NCBI GenBank assembly: GCA_030037885.1 | Contig: JASHPU010000014.1 | Location: 15,986-79,985, forward strand | Source of the DNA: Xanthobacteraceae bacterium | Lineage (GTDB): Bacteria; Pseudomonadota; Alphaproteobacteria; Rhizobiales; Xanthobacteraceae | Length of the DNA stretch: 64,000 nt | Reading direction: 5' to 3' | Part shown: piece by piece, positions 28,480-38,107 of the stretch | How the letters are laid out: each line of letters opens with the position of its first letter | How positions within the stretch are numbered: the stretch's first letter is position 1 | Position numbers and translations under genes: made by a program | The notes under the pieces: generated by a model | Databases searched by the model: none | What the model saw: only the letters and a program-made list of their open reading frames with translations | What the model was told of the DNA's origin: nothing

Positions 28480-30662
28480 TGGTATTCAAGGTTCAAGTCG
28501 GCCCGCCCCAGATTGCCATTCATCAAGGTCAGACCGTGCTCGTCACCGACCCGGATGGGACCATCACGTGGCCGAGCGAGAAGGGCATGTACTTCCTCGA
28601 CACGCGGGTCATCAGCAACTGGGCGATCTTCGCCAACGGCGAGCCCTGGCAACTGCTCAATGGCGGTCCGATTAGTTACTACGCAGCGCGGATCTTCCTC
28701 ACCAACAGGTCGATCCTCACCGAAGATGGCTCGATCCCGCCACGCACGCTTGGCCTTACCATCAGCCGATCGCTCAGCGGCGGCATGCACGAAGATCTCG
28801 ACGTCACCAACAACAGCATGAAGCCGGTGCGTTTCCAGCTCGAGGTGGCTTTTCGAAGCGACTTTGCCGACGTCTTCGAAGTCAAATCGGGACACATCGT
28901 GCGCCGCGGCAAGATCACGACCGAGTGGTCGGAAGGGGAACAACGCCTTCGTACCGTCTATTCAAACCGGGATTTTCGCCGTGCGGTGACGGTTTCAGTG
29001 GTGCGTGCTCCGCGCAAGGCCGTTTCCGCAAACGGCCGGCTCAGTTTTGAGGTGGCGCTTAAACCGACCGAGACGTGGCACGCCTGCCTGCAATACACGC
29101 TCGAGGATGGCGAGCAGACCTTCCAACCGTCCGATGACTGCGTCGGGATCGATCGCGGCTCTCCGCATTTTGAGACGATGGCGCAATGGTTGAAGGCCGT
29201 AGCGAAAATCCAGACCAGCAACGAGGAGTTTTATCGCCTGTTTCATCAGGCGCTGGAGGACATGGCGGCGCTGCGTCTGCCTATCAGCGGCACGGATCAT
29301 ATGGTCTTCATGCCGGCGGCCGGACTGCCGTGGTTTGTCGCGCCCTTCGGCCGCGACAGCCTCATCGTTTCGCTGCAGAATCTGCTGATCTACCCGGAGT
29401 TCGCGCGCGGTTCGCTGGAGATCCTTGGGTCGCTGCAGGCCAAGGAAGACGATCCTTACCGCGATGCCGAACCGGGCAAGATTCTCCACGAGTTGCGCTG
29501 CGGCGAGCTTGCGCACTTCAAGCTCATCCCGCACACGCCATACTACGGCACGGCAGACGCGACGCCGCTCTATCTGATAACCCTGCACGCCGCCTGGCAC
29601 GCGACCGGCGATAAAGGATTACTGGAACAGCATTTGCAGACGGCGGAAGGGTGTCTCGCCTGGATCGACGAATACGGCGACCGCGATGGCGACGGATTTC
29701 AGGAATATCAGACACGGTCCCCGGTGGGCTACGAGAACATGGGCTGGAAGGATTCCGGCGATGCGGTCATGTATCCTGATGGCTCGCTGGTGAAGGGCCC
29801 CAAGGCGCTCTGCGAGCTGCAAGGTTATGTTTATCTTGCTTGGATGAACATGGCGGAAGTGTTCGAGGCGCTCGGCAAGCGCGAACGGGCCACTGCGTTA
29901 CGCGCCAAGGCCGCTGCGCTCTTCACCCGGTTCAACGAAGTTTTCTGGGACGAGGAGCTCGGGTTCTATGCCTATGCGCTCGATGGCGACAAGAAGAAGG
30001 TCCTGACCGTTGCGTCCAACGCCGGACATTGCCTGTGGTCCGGCATCGTCCCGGTCGAACGCGCCAAGAGGGTTGTCGAGCGCCTCACCGCGCCGGACAT
30101 GTGGACGGGATGGGGCATCCGCACGCTGTCCGCCCGCCACACGGCGTTCAACCCGTACAATTATCAGACCGGTTCGATCTGGCCGCACGATAACGCGATC
30201 ATCGCCATGGGCTTCAAGCGCTATGGGTTTCATATCGAGACGGCGCGGCTTGCCCACGACGTCAGCGTGGCGGCGAGTCACTTCCTTCTTAATCAGCTGC
30301 CGGAGCTCTACACCGCGTCCGAGCGCAACGAGGCGAATTTCCCGGTGCAATATATCGGCGCCAACGTGCCGCAGGCTTGGGCCGCCGGTTCGGTATTCAT
30401 GCTGACGCAGGCGCTGTTGGGATTTTTGCCGGATGCGCCCCACGACAAACTTTACGTTGATCCATACCTGCCCGCGTGGTTGTGCGACCTTACCGTGCAT
30501 GATCTTCGCATCGGCAGGCATATGCTTGACATTCGCTTTTGGCGCGAGGGCGAGCAGACGGAATTCGACGTGATCAAAGGCGACCGCAACATGGTGGAAC
30601 GCCGCGGCCTCGCCGAAAGGTTTGTCCCAGGGACGAAGGTTGGCGTCAGCGAAACGGCTTGA
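28479..30662 (+). CDS. Amylo-alpha-1,6-glucosidase / glycogen-debranching-enzyme-like (GDE_C family) protein
   Basis: 727 aa with an N-terminal GDE_N-bacterial-like region and a C-terminal (alpha/alpha)6 region (PWFVAPFGRDSLI...YGTADATPLY...GWKDSGD...GSIWPHDN). Confidence 0.75.
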   Translation: MVFKVQVGPPQIAIHQGQTVLVTDPDGTITWPSEKGMYFLDTRVISNWAIFANGEPWQLLNGGPISYYAARIFLTNRSILTEDGSIPPRTLGLTISRSLSGGMHEDLDVTNNSMKPVRFQLEVAFRSDFADVFEVKSGHIVRRGKITTEWSEGEQRLRTVYSNRDFRRAVTVSVVRAPRKAVSANGRLSFEVALKPTETWHACLQYTLEDGEQTFQPSDDCVGIDRGSPHFETMAQWLKAVAKIQTSNEEFYRLFHQALEDMAALRLPISGTDHMVFMPAAGLPWFVAPFGRDSLIVSLQNLLIYPEFARGSLEILGSLQAKEDDPYRDAEPGKILHELRCGELAHFKLIPHTPYYGTADATPLYLITLHAAWHATGDKGLLEQHLQTAEGCLAWIDEYGDRDGDGFQEYQTRSPVGYENMGWKDSGDAVMYPDGSLVKGPKALCELQGYVYLAWMNMAEVFEALGKRERATALRAKAAALFTRFNEVFWDEELGFYAYALDGDKKKVLTVASNAGHCLWSGIVPVERAKRVVERLTAPDMWTGWGIRTLSARHTAFNPYNYQTGSIWPHDNAIIAMGFKRYGFHIETARLAHDVSVAASHFLLNQLPELYTASERNEANFPVQYIGANVPQAWAAGSVFMLTQALLGFLPDAPHDKLYVDPYLPAWLCDLTVHDLRIGRHMLDIRFWREGEQTEFDVIKGDRNMVERRGLAERFVPGTKVGVSETA

Positions 30663-30785
30663 GCCGAGCTTCGGTGGAGCGGCGGGCGAAATCCGCTGAT
30701 AGGATCGAGGGCGCTATGATGATCGGCGGCGTCCCTTCGCGCGGACCGACCGGCGCGGCATCGCGCGTGGAGGCTGTTGCAGACC

Positions 30786-31544
30786 TCATCGCTTCCGTGC
30801 CGCCGTGCGACCGGGCACGTTCTTTCGTCCTGCCGCCGCTTGATCGACGAACCAAAACAACTCGCCCACCGGCCGGACGCGCGCCGCCGGCACGCGACTG
30901 TTGCCGGCGCGTATCGCGCTGAATATGGCCGCCTTTTCTTCGCCGGCCACGAGGAAGGCAACGCGCCGGCTGCTGTCGATCGCCGGATAGGTCATGGTGA
31001 TGCGGACCTCGGGCCGGCCATGCGAGACGGCGGCGACCCAGCGCTCGCGCTCATCCAGAACCGGCTCTCCGGGAAGCAGCGAGGCGGTATGTCCATCGGG
31101 ACCAAGCCCGAGCAGCGTGATGTCGAAAAGCGGCCGCTGCGGATCAAGCGTTGCGGCGCCGTAGGAGTCCCGCAACGTCCGCTCGTAGCGGCGCGCCGCG
31201 TCCGCGGGCGTGCCGTCGGTCGGGACCGGATGAATGTTCGCCGCCGGCACCGGAGCCCTGGCGAGCATGGCTTCGCGGGTCATCCGATAATTGCTGTCGG
31301 GATGCTCGTACGGAACGAAGCGCTCGTCGCCCCAGTACCAGGACACGCGCGGCCACGGGAAACGGCTTCTAAATTCGTCCGACGCGAGCAGTCCGTACAG
31401 CGTCTTCGGCGTCGAACCGCCGGACAGCGAGATGCGGAACGGCTCGGGCGCCGCCAGCGCCGCCTGCGTCATCCACTCCGCCACGTGATGCGCCAGCGTG
31501 AGCGGATCCGGCAAGATTTCAATGCGCCCGCTCGCCGTGCCCAT
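30786..31544 (-). CDS. pgl: 6-phosphogluconolactonase
   Basis: SLSGGSTPKTLY, WGDERFVP and LLGLGPDGHTASLLPG motifs. Start uncertain: the ATG at 31544 overlaps the upstream gene by 26 nt. Confidence 0.85.
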   Translation of the reverse strand: MGTASGRIEILPDPLTLAHHVAEWMTQAALAAPEPFRISLSGGSTPKTLYGLLASDEFRSRFPWPRVSWYWGDERFVPYEHPDSNYRMTREAMLARAPVPAANIHPVPTDGTPADAARRYERTLRDSYGAATLDPQRPLFDITLLGLGPDGHTASLLPGEPVLDERERWVAAVSHGRPEVRITMTYPAIDSSRRVAFLVAGEEKAAIFSAIRAGNSRVPAARVRPVGELFWFVDQAAAGRKNVPGRTAARKR

Positions 31545-32370
31545 GCGCGTATTGCCTTGCTGCATCCAGAATGAAGGCCTCCATCGCCTTGGCAAAGCCT
31601 TCATCATTGTAGGACGCGGTGACGGCTGCGGCTTGCGCCTTGACCTCGTCCGAAGCGTTGCCCATCGCGATGCTGAACCCCGAGCGCTTGAACATCACCA
31701 CGTCGTTTGGTTGATCGCCGATGGTCGCGATCTCCTGCTCCGGGACGCCGAGGTGCCGGGCGAGATATTCAACCACGGCGCCCTTGTTCGCATCCTTGTT
31801 GGTGACGTCGAGGTAATAGGGTTGCGACCGGTTGGCGGTCGCATGCCGGCCGAAGGCGGCCTGCGCCTCGGCTTCGCAGCGTCGCACCTTGTCGAGATCG
31901 TCGCTTACGCCGACGATCTTGGCGACTTGCTGCAAATGCTCGCGAATGTCGGATACGACTTTCGGTTGGAACTTGACGGTCCAGGCCTCGCGGGCGACAT
32001 GCGGGGCGACCGCCTTGGTGATCAGCCAGTCATTGCCGCTGTAGACCCAGGTATCGAGGCCGCGCGCGTGCATCAGATTGATGGCCTGGCGCGCGACGTC
32101 GGGCGGCACCGTCTTTTGTTCCAGGATGGCGAGGTGGCGATCGACAAAAAGCCCGCCGTTGAAGCCGGCGATCGGCGTTTCAATGGCGAGCGCATCGAAC
32201 AGCATGGCCATGCCGAGCGGCGGCCGGCCGCTGGTTATGGCGAACAGGATACCGGCGCGGTGCAGCGCGCGCACGGCGGCGCGCGCCCGCTCGGTCAAGA
32301 TTTTCTCCTCGGTGACGAGGGTGCCGTCTACATCGGCAAGCACCAACGAAATCTTGCGCTTCGCTGCCAT
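31519..32370 (-). CDS. Cof-type HAD-IIB phosphatase
   Basis: DVDGTL motif I, TSGR motif II, GDQPNDV motif IV. An alternative start at 32445 would overlap the gnd stop (ATGA). Confidence 0.75.
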   Translation of the reverse strand: MAAKRKISLVLADVDGTLVTEEKILTERARAAVRALHRAGILFAITSGRPPLGMAMLFDALAIETPIAGFNGGLFVDRHLAILEQKTVPPDVARQAINLMHARGLDTWVYSGNDWLITKAVAPHVAREAWTVKFQPKVVSDIREHLQQVAKIVGVSDDLDKVRRCEAEAQAAFGRHATANRSQPYYLDVTNKDANKGAVVEYLARHLGVPEQEIATIGDQPNDVVMFKRSGFSIAMGNASDEVKAQAAAVTASYNDEGFAKAMEAFILDAARQYAHGHGERAH

Positions 32371-32441
32371 CGGTCCTTCGCCCCTCACTCGATCGGCCGG
32401 CCTTTCAGCCGCGTCTGCTGCATCGGTATTCCGCTCATTTA

Positions 32442-33470
32442 TCATCCGGCACGCTGCGCCGGCGGCTTTTCGATGTGGCCGCCGAATTGGTAACGCATGG
32501 CCGAAAGCACTTTGTCGGCGAAATCGGCTTCGCCGCGCGAGCTGAACCGTTCATAGAGCGCCGACGAAAGCACGTGCGCCGGCACGCCTTCGTCGATGGC
32601 CGCCTTGATGGTCCAGCGACCTTCGCCCGAGTCGGAGACGCGGCCGGCGAATTTGCTCAGCGCGGGATCCTCGATCAGCGACGTCGCGATAAGATCAAGC
32701 AGCCAAGATGCGATGACGCTGCCGCGCCGCCAGACTTCGGCGATGTCGGGCAGGTTCAAATTGTACTGGTAATGCTCGGGGTCGCGCAGCGGCGTGGTTT
32801 CTGCATCGATCGCGCCGGTTTTGTTGCCGACATTGGCGGCCTTGAGGACGCCGAGACCTTCGGCGTAAGCCGCCATCACCCCGTATTCGATGCCGTTATG
32901 GACCATTTTGACGAAATGGCCGGCACCATGCGGTCCACAATGCAGATAACCCTGCTCGGACGTGCCATCGACCCTTTCGCGGCCCGGTGTGCGCGGAATG
33001 GTGCCGCGGCCGGGCGCAAGCGCAGCGAAGATCGGATCGAGGTGCATCACCGCGTCGCCCTCGCCGCCGATCATCATGCAATAGCCGCGATCCAATCCCC
33101 AGACGCCGCCGCTCGTGCCGACGTCCACGTAATGAATGCCCTTGGATGTCAGGTTCTTGGCCCGACGGATGTCGTCGATGTAGTAGGAATTGCCGCCGTC
33201 AACCAGAATGTCGCCGCGCTCGATATGGGGCAGCAGATCGGCGATGACATTGTCCACCACACCGGTCGGCACCATCAGCCAGATCGCCCGCGGCTTGGCG
33301 AGTTTCTTGACGAAATCCGCGACCGACGTGGCGCCGACGGCGTTCGCCTTCACCAGTTCCGCCACCGCGTTTGCGGATCCGTCGTAGACGACGCATTGAT
33401 GGCCGTTGTTCAACAGGCGGCGCACCATGTTGCCGCCCATGCGGCCAAGACCGATCATTCCGAGCTGCAT
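32442..33470 (-). CDS. gnd: 6-phosphogluconate dehydrogenase (decarboxylating), short Gnd-like form
   Basis: [15 protein letters not shown] Rossmann N-terminus and 6PGDH core motifs ([15 protein letters not shown]). Confidence 0.88.
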   Translation of the reverse strand: MQLGMIGLGRMGGNMVRRLLNNGHQCVVYDGSANAVAELVKANAVGATSVADFVKKLAKPRAIWLMVPTGVVDNVIADLLPHIERGDILVDGGNSYYIDDIRRAKNLTSKGIHYVDVGTSGGVWGLDRGYCMMIGGEGDAVMHLDPIFAALAPGRGTIPRTPGRERVDGTSEQGYLHCGPHGAGHFVKMVHNGIEYGVMAAYAEGLGVLKAANVGNKTGAIDAETTPLRDPEHYQYNLNLPDIAEVWRRGSVIASWLLDLIATSLIEDPALSKFAGRVSDSGEGRWTIKAAIDEGVPAHVLSSALYERFSSRGEADFADKVLSAMRYQFGGHIEKPPAQRAG

Positions 33471-33614
33471 GGCCTTAGTGCTCCATGTCCATAATGGCAC
33501 GATGGTCCGGGCGGTCGCCCGACAGGGCGACGGATGAGTGGCCCGGGTCTCTCCGCTCGAACAAAGCGACAAACCACAGGCTCTGCCCGAGATCGTGCAG
33601 CGTTTTTGTCGGGT

Positions 33615-34325
33615 TCATCGCGCCGGCTCCAACTTTGATGCAGGCGTCTGCGGCGTGGGTCGCAATCGCGCCAGGTCGAACTTAAGAAGATCGCCGATGC
33701 GATCAATCGCGACGTCAGCCGGCGGCAAGGCGGCCACGGCTTGCGCAGCGCGAGCGTAGCTGCCCTGTCGCACGAAAACGGTGGTGACGCGGTCCCCCCA
33801 GAGCCGCTTGATGGCCGCCAGGATGCGCGGCTTGTCGTCGACAAGCACGTAATGTTCCGCGGGGAAACGCCGCTCGACGTCGTCGAGCGCCCGTTCCTTA
33901 TGGATATAGATGAGGACGCGTCGGTCGACCGCATCGGAAATGCCGGCGCGTTCGACCTTGCGAGGCTGAAAGACGACATCGCCATCGGACAGGATGACGG
34001 TCTGCCCCAGGCCGTTCAGCCGCTTCAAGACCTTGAGGGCGGATGGGAACAGCCGGCCGGCGAATGGGTAGTCGACCAGGTAGTCAGACATCGACAGCAG
34101 TTCGACCTCGAGAGGATGCTCGGCGCGAAACCGCTGCAAGGCTCCGAGATAGTCGCGGTAGCCGAGTTCCGCGAACAGCTGCTCCAGGATCTTCCAATAA
34201 CGATCGCGGGCGTCACGCCCGTAGGTGCGTTCGAGGTGGTCCTTCAAATCCTGCTGCACGCCGTCGTTATCGAGCAGCGTGTTATCGACATCGACCAGGA
34301 AGACAACCGGGTGAACCCGTACCAT
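33615..34325 (-). CDS. HAD-superfamily hydrolase
   Basis: FLVDVDNTLLDND (DxDxT motif I) and SDGD motif IV. Confidence 0.65.
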   Translation of the reverse strand: MVRVHPVVFLVDVDNTLLDNDGVQQDLKDHLERTYGRDARDRYWKILEQLFAELGYRDYLGALQRFRAEHPLEVELLSMSDYLVDYPFAGRLFPSALKVLKRLNGLGQTVILSDGDVVFQPRKVERAGISDAVDRRVLIYIHKERALDDVERRFPAEHYVLVDDKPRILAAIKRLWGDRVTTVFVRQGSYARAAQAVAALPPADVAIDRIGDLLKFDLARLRPTPQTPASKLEPAR

Positions 34326-34602
34326 TCAGAGCTCGGGTAATGATGGTTATGGTGCTGGACCGGCACCCTCGCGAAGGCAGTCGGCAGACCGCCAAAGAGT
34401 TCCCGCCCAAGAGGCAGTTCTCGCAGATTTGATGACCCAGGTGAAATCGGCAGGTGCCGCCAGCTTCCGCTTCCGGAGGAGTGCCGGCATGGCTGCGCCG
34501 AGCCTGATCGGCCCGACCTCAGCGTGCCACATTGGGGCCTCATTGTTTCCTCAGCGCGGGAGTTAGTTTGCCGTCCGCTTTCGGGGAATCGCGGTCGGGG
34601 GA

Positions 34603-35682
34603 ATGAAAGTCTGGCAGTTAAGCTGCGTCGTTGCGACGACGGCGGTGATCTGCGTTGCCGCGGCCTTGCGGATCGCGAGCATGCAACCGATCGCTGCGCC
34701 GCCAACTCTGATCGTCGCCCCGAGGGCGATGGTCGCGGCGCAATTCGCCGCCGTGCCGGCTAACACGACGGTGGTCGCAAAAGCCGGCACAATGTCGCCG
34801 AATGCGCTGATCGGCGCCGCATTCAGTGCACTGGAGCGGAGCGCTCTGACTTCTTTCGATGCGGCGGGCGATCCTCTCGACGCGGTGCGCGCTCCCCTCG
34901 ACGCGACGGGTGCTCCCCTCGACGCGACGGGTGCGTTTCCCAAGGAGCCTGTGCTGGCGATGACCGAAGACGATCGCTCGCCGGACGCCGGCGCCGCATT
35001 GCCGGACGGTTCGGTCGTGGCGGCAAGACGCGCACTCCCCTATCTCAAGTACTACGTTTATTCCGAGCTTCCGCCCCCGGAAAAGCCGGCGAAAATTGCC
35101 TTGCGGGCGCTCAGCGACATTCCGCTGGGGACGCCGCTGGAGGAGATCAAGCGCGCGGCCGACGCTTTCGGCGTCGACTATAATTTCATGAAAGCCGTCG
35201 CCAAGGTCGAATCCGATTTCGATCCCGAGCAACGCACCGGCTCGTATATCGGCCTGTTTCAGCTGAGCAGGGCGGAGTTCGCGCGGTATGGCTCCGGTGA
35301 TATCACCAATCCGCGCGACAATGCCGTCGCCGCTGCCTATAAATTTATCAGCGAGGCCGCAATGTTCGAAGCGGTGACGCACAAAACTCCCACTTTCAGC
35401 GATCTCTATTTGATTCACCAGCAGGGATGGCAGGGCGCCGCGGAACACGTAAGTCACCCGGAACGCATCGCCTGGAAGTCGATGTGCGCTACCGACGAGG
35501 GCATGATGAAGGGCGAGCGCTGGTGCAAGCACGCCATCTGGTGGAACACGCTGCCGGCGGTGAAGCGCCAATGGAAGTCGGTCGATCGCCTGACCTCGGG
35601 CGCGTTCGTGGCGATGTGGCGCGAGCGGATCGACGCACTGTACGCGCGCTATGCGGAGGCCGCGCGGCCGAGGGGTGAGTGA
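34603..35682 (+). CDS. Transglycosylase SLT-domain-like secreted protein
   Basis: Signal/TM segment, then MKAVAKVESDFDP...GLFQLS, which resembles the catalytic E-S region of SLT lysozyme-like domains. Confidence 0.5.
   Translation: MKVWQLSCVVATTAVICVAAALRIASMQPIAAPPTLIVAPRAMVAAQFAAVPANTTVVAKAGTMSPNALIGAAFSALERSALTSFDAAGDPLDAVRAPLDATGAPLDATGAFPKEPVLAMTEDDRSPDAGAALPDGSVVAARRALPYLKYYVYSELPPPEKPAKIALRALSDIPLGTPLEEIKRAADAFGVDYNFMKAVAKVESDFDPEQRTGSYIGLFQLSRAEFARYGSGDITNPRDNAVAAAYKFISEAAMFEAVTHKTPTFSDLYLIHQQGWQGAAEHVSHPERIAWKSMCATDEGMMKGERWCKHAIWWNTLPAVKRQWKSVDRLTSGAFVAMWRERIDALYARYAEAARPRGE
34870..34932. repeat. 21-bp in-frame tandem repeat (two perfect copies plus one degenerate) encoding (D/A)PLDA(V/T)(R/G)
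   Basis: GCTCCCCTCGACGCGACGGGT at 34891-34911 and 34912-34932. A degenerate copy lies at 34870-34890. Confidence 0.9.
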
Positions 35683-35702
35683 CCGCGCCCAAAAATGTTC
35701 GA

Positions 35703-35915
35703 TCAATCGTTTTGCGGCACGTGTTTGGCCGGACCACCGCGACGAAAACCCTTGTTCGGCGCGCCGGCAGGCTTGCGCTGCAATCCCTCAGGAATATCGT
35801 CCCCCGGAACGATGTTGTGCGCGAGGTCTTCCTTGTCCGCGCCTTTGTCGTACGCGCCCGACCGCACGTCCCTGGCGCCTGAGTGCTTGTCGTCTTTGCC
35901 GCGCAGATCGCTCAT
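35703..35915 (-). CDS. Small hydrophilic hypothetical protein
   Basis: The only ORF in this gap, with a charged, Gly/Lys/Asp-rich sequence. No family recognised. Confidence 0.3.
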   Translation of the reverse strand: MSDLRGKDDKHSGARDVRSGAYDKGADKEDLAHNIVPGDDIPEGLQRKPAGAPNKGFRRGGPAKHVPQND

Positions 35916-36425
35916 TTTCTTCCACTCCGGAAAAGTCAACCGCTTGATCCCGCCTGCCCCAGGCGATCAACGCCAAAGGCGAAGCCCGGCAGAACGAACG
36001 CGACTTTGGACGGGCGGCGGCGGCGAGGGGATCTGTGTTCGGGGCGCGACAGAGTCCCTCCTCAGAATTTAATGCGGCGCATTAAACGTCGTTCCGCCTC
36101 AGGCGACGTTTTGGCGGATACACGGCCAGGCGTCGGTCGGATCGATTGACGGCCAGCATCAGAAAATGCGGGGCGGGGCTGGTCTTGTCTCGCTGCAGCC
36201 GGCGCACATGACGGCAAGGCGCAGGCATGGCATGAGCGTGTCGCCGGCCGTGGCCCGCCCGGCTCCTTTGTAAAGAACGAATAACGGTTCGATGACAGTC
36301 CACAGTGCTTCTTGAATGCGGCTATGCGTTCGTCGCATTCGCGCGCTCATCGTCATCGGCAAGACATCAGGCTGTCATCGCGAAAAGCTTTAGATGCCTC
36401 CGCACGACAAATGACGGGGGGTTTC

Positions 36426-38090
36426 ATGAAAAAGCTGCTGCTTTCCACCGCCGCGATGTCCTTGATTGCGGTTGCCGCCATCTGCGGCGGTTCAGTTCTC
36501 GCCGATCCAGATCATGATCAAGGTCATGGCCGCGATCATCACACCGCAACGCCGATCAAGCATCTTGTGGTCATCTTCAATGAGAACCGGTCGTTCGATC
36601 ATTATTTCGCGACCTATCCGCACGCGGCAAATCCGCCCGGCGAAATCCCGTTCAAGGCCAGCAACCGGACGCCGACGGTCAACAACCTCGCCACGGCCAA
36701 TCTGCTCACCAACAACCCGAATTTGAATCCGGCAAATGGCGCCGGTGCGACAAACCCGTTCCGTCTCGATCGGACGCAGGCTAACACCGCAGATCAGAAC
36801 CACGGCTATACGGCGGAGCAACAGGCCTACGACAACGGCAAAGCCGATCTGTTTCCAAAATTTACCGGCAACGGCACCAGCGGCGGCGTTGGCGCCTTCG
36901 GCACCACCGGCCAAGTGATGGGCTATTTCGACGGCAATACCGTGATGGCGATTTGGAACTACGCTCAGTATTTCGCACTGAACGACAATGCCTACACGGA
37001 CACCTACGGCCCGTCGACGCCGGGTGCGCTCGAAGTGGTCTCCGGTCAGACCAACGGCGCAAAAGCCATCCTGGGCTCGCCTTCATTCATCCCCGACGGC
37101 CAAGGCGGCTTCACACAAATCGGCGATAGTGACCCTGCTTTCGATGCATGCTCGAGCAAAAGCACGACGGTGCAGATGACCAGCAAGAACATCGGCGATC
37201 TGCTCAATGCGGCCGACGTCAGTTGGGGCGGCTTCATGGGCGGCTTCAATCTGCAAGCGGTCAACGCCAATGGCAGCACCGGTTGTCAGCGGAGCACTTT
37301 CTCGAGCGTCATCGGCGCCAACATCAACGACTACGTTCAGCACCACATGTGGTTCCAGTACTTCGCTTCGACCGAGAACCCGACTCATGCCCGCCCGAGC
37401 TCGGTCCAGGCGATCGGCCGCACCATGGAGGTGGGCGGTACGACGCCTGACCCCGCCAATCACCAATACGATCTGCAGGACTTCTTGGCCGCGGTGAAGG
37501 CCGGCAACTTCCCGGCCGTGTCCTTCATCAAGATGGCGGCTTATCAGGACGGCCACCCGGGCAATTCCGATCCCCTCGATGAGCAGCAGGGGCTGGTCGA
37601 TCTGATCAACTTCCTCGAACTGCAGCCTGACTGGAAGGATACGGCGGTCATCATCACCTATGACGATTCCGACGGCTGGTATGACCACGCCTATGCCACC
37701 CCGACCAGCGCGTCTTACTCGACGTCCGATGCGGTCAACGGCCCGGACCAGTGCGGCGCCGGCGTTGCGAAGCAGCCGCAGCCCGATGGCCTGGCCGGCA
37801 AGCCGGTGAATGGCCGTTGCGGGCCCGGTACCCGCATTCCCTTCCTGGTGATTTCGCCTTTCGCCAAGCAGAACTTCGTGAGCCACACGCGGATCTCGCA
37901 GGCTTCCGTGGTGCGCTTCATCGAGGACAACTGGCTCAACGGCGAGCGTCTCGGTGGCGGCTCGTTCGATGCCGGCGCCGGATCGATCATGGACATGTTC
38001 GATTTCAGCCACGGCGACGCGAACTACCGGCTGTTCCTCGATCCGGAGACCGGCATCGTCACTTCCCCCGTGCCGCTCGGGCACTTCTGA
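36426..38090 (+). CDS. Phosphoesterase-family protein (AcpA-type acid phosphatase / non-haemolytic phospholipase C-like), secreted
   Basis: Signal peptide from the ATG at 36426, then IKHLVVIFNENRSFDHYF, the hallmark of the phosphoesterase family. Confidence 0.8.
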   Translation: MKKLLLSTAAMSLIAVAAICGGSVLADPDHDQGHGRDHHTATPIKHLVVIFNENRSFDHYFATYPHAANPPGEIPFKASNRTPTVNNLATANLLTNNPNLNPANGAGATNPFRLDRTQANTADQNHGYTAEQQAYDNGKADLFPKFTGNGTSGGVGAFGTTGQVMGYFDGNTVMAIWNYAQYFALNDNAYTDTYGPSTPGALEVVSGQTNGAKAILGSPSFIPDGQGGFTQIGDSDPAFDACSSKSTTVQMTSKNIGDLLNAADVSWGGFMGGFNLQAVNANGSTGCQRSTFSSVIGANINDYVQHHMWFQYFASTENPTHARPSSVQAIGRTMEVGGTTPDPANHQYDLQDFLAAVKAGNFPAVSFIKMAAYQDGHPGNSDPLDEQQGLVDLINFLELQPDWKDTAVIITYDDSDGWYDHAYATPTSASYSTSDAVNGPDQCGAGVAKQPQPDGLAGKPVNGRCGPGTRIPFLVISPFAKQNFVSHTRISQASVVRFIEDNWLNGERLGGGSFDAGAGSIMDMFDFSHGDANYRLFLDPETGIVTSPVPLGHF

Positions 38091-38107
38091 TCGCGCAACG
38101 CTACGTC

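Noticed and set aside
36290-36400. Pho box upstream of the AcpA-like phosphoesterase (CTGTCAT at 36372-36378, and TGACAG nearby).
   Set aside because: Only isolated half-sites are present. No second CTGTCAT-like repeat occurs at the 11-bp spacing required for a PhoB site.
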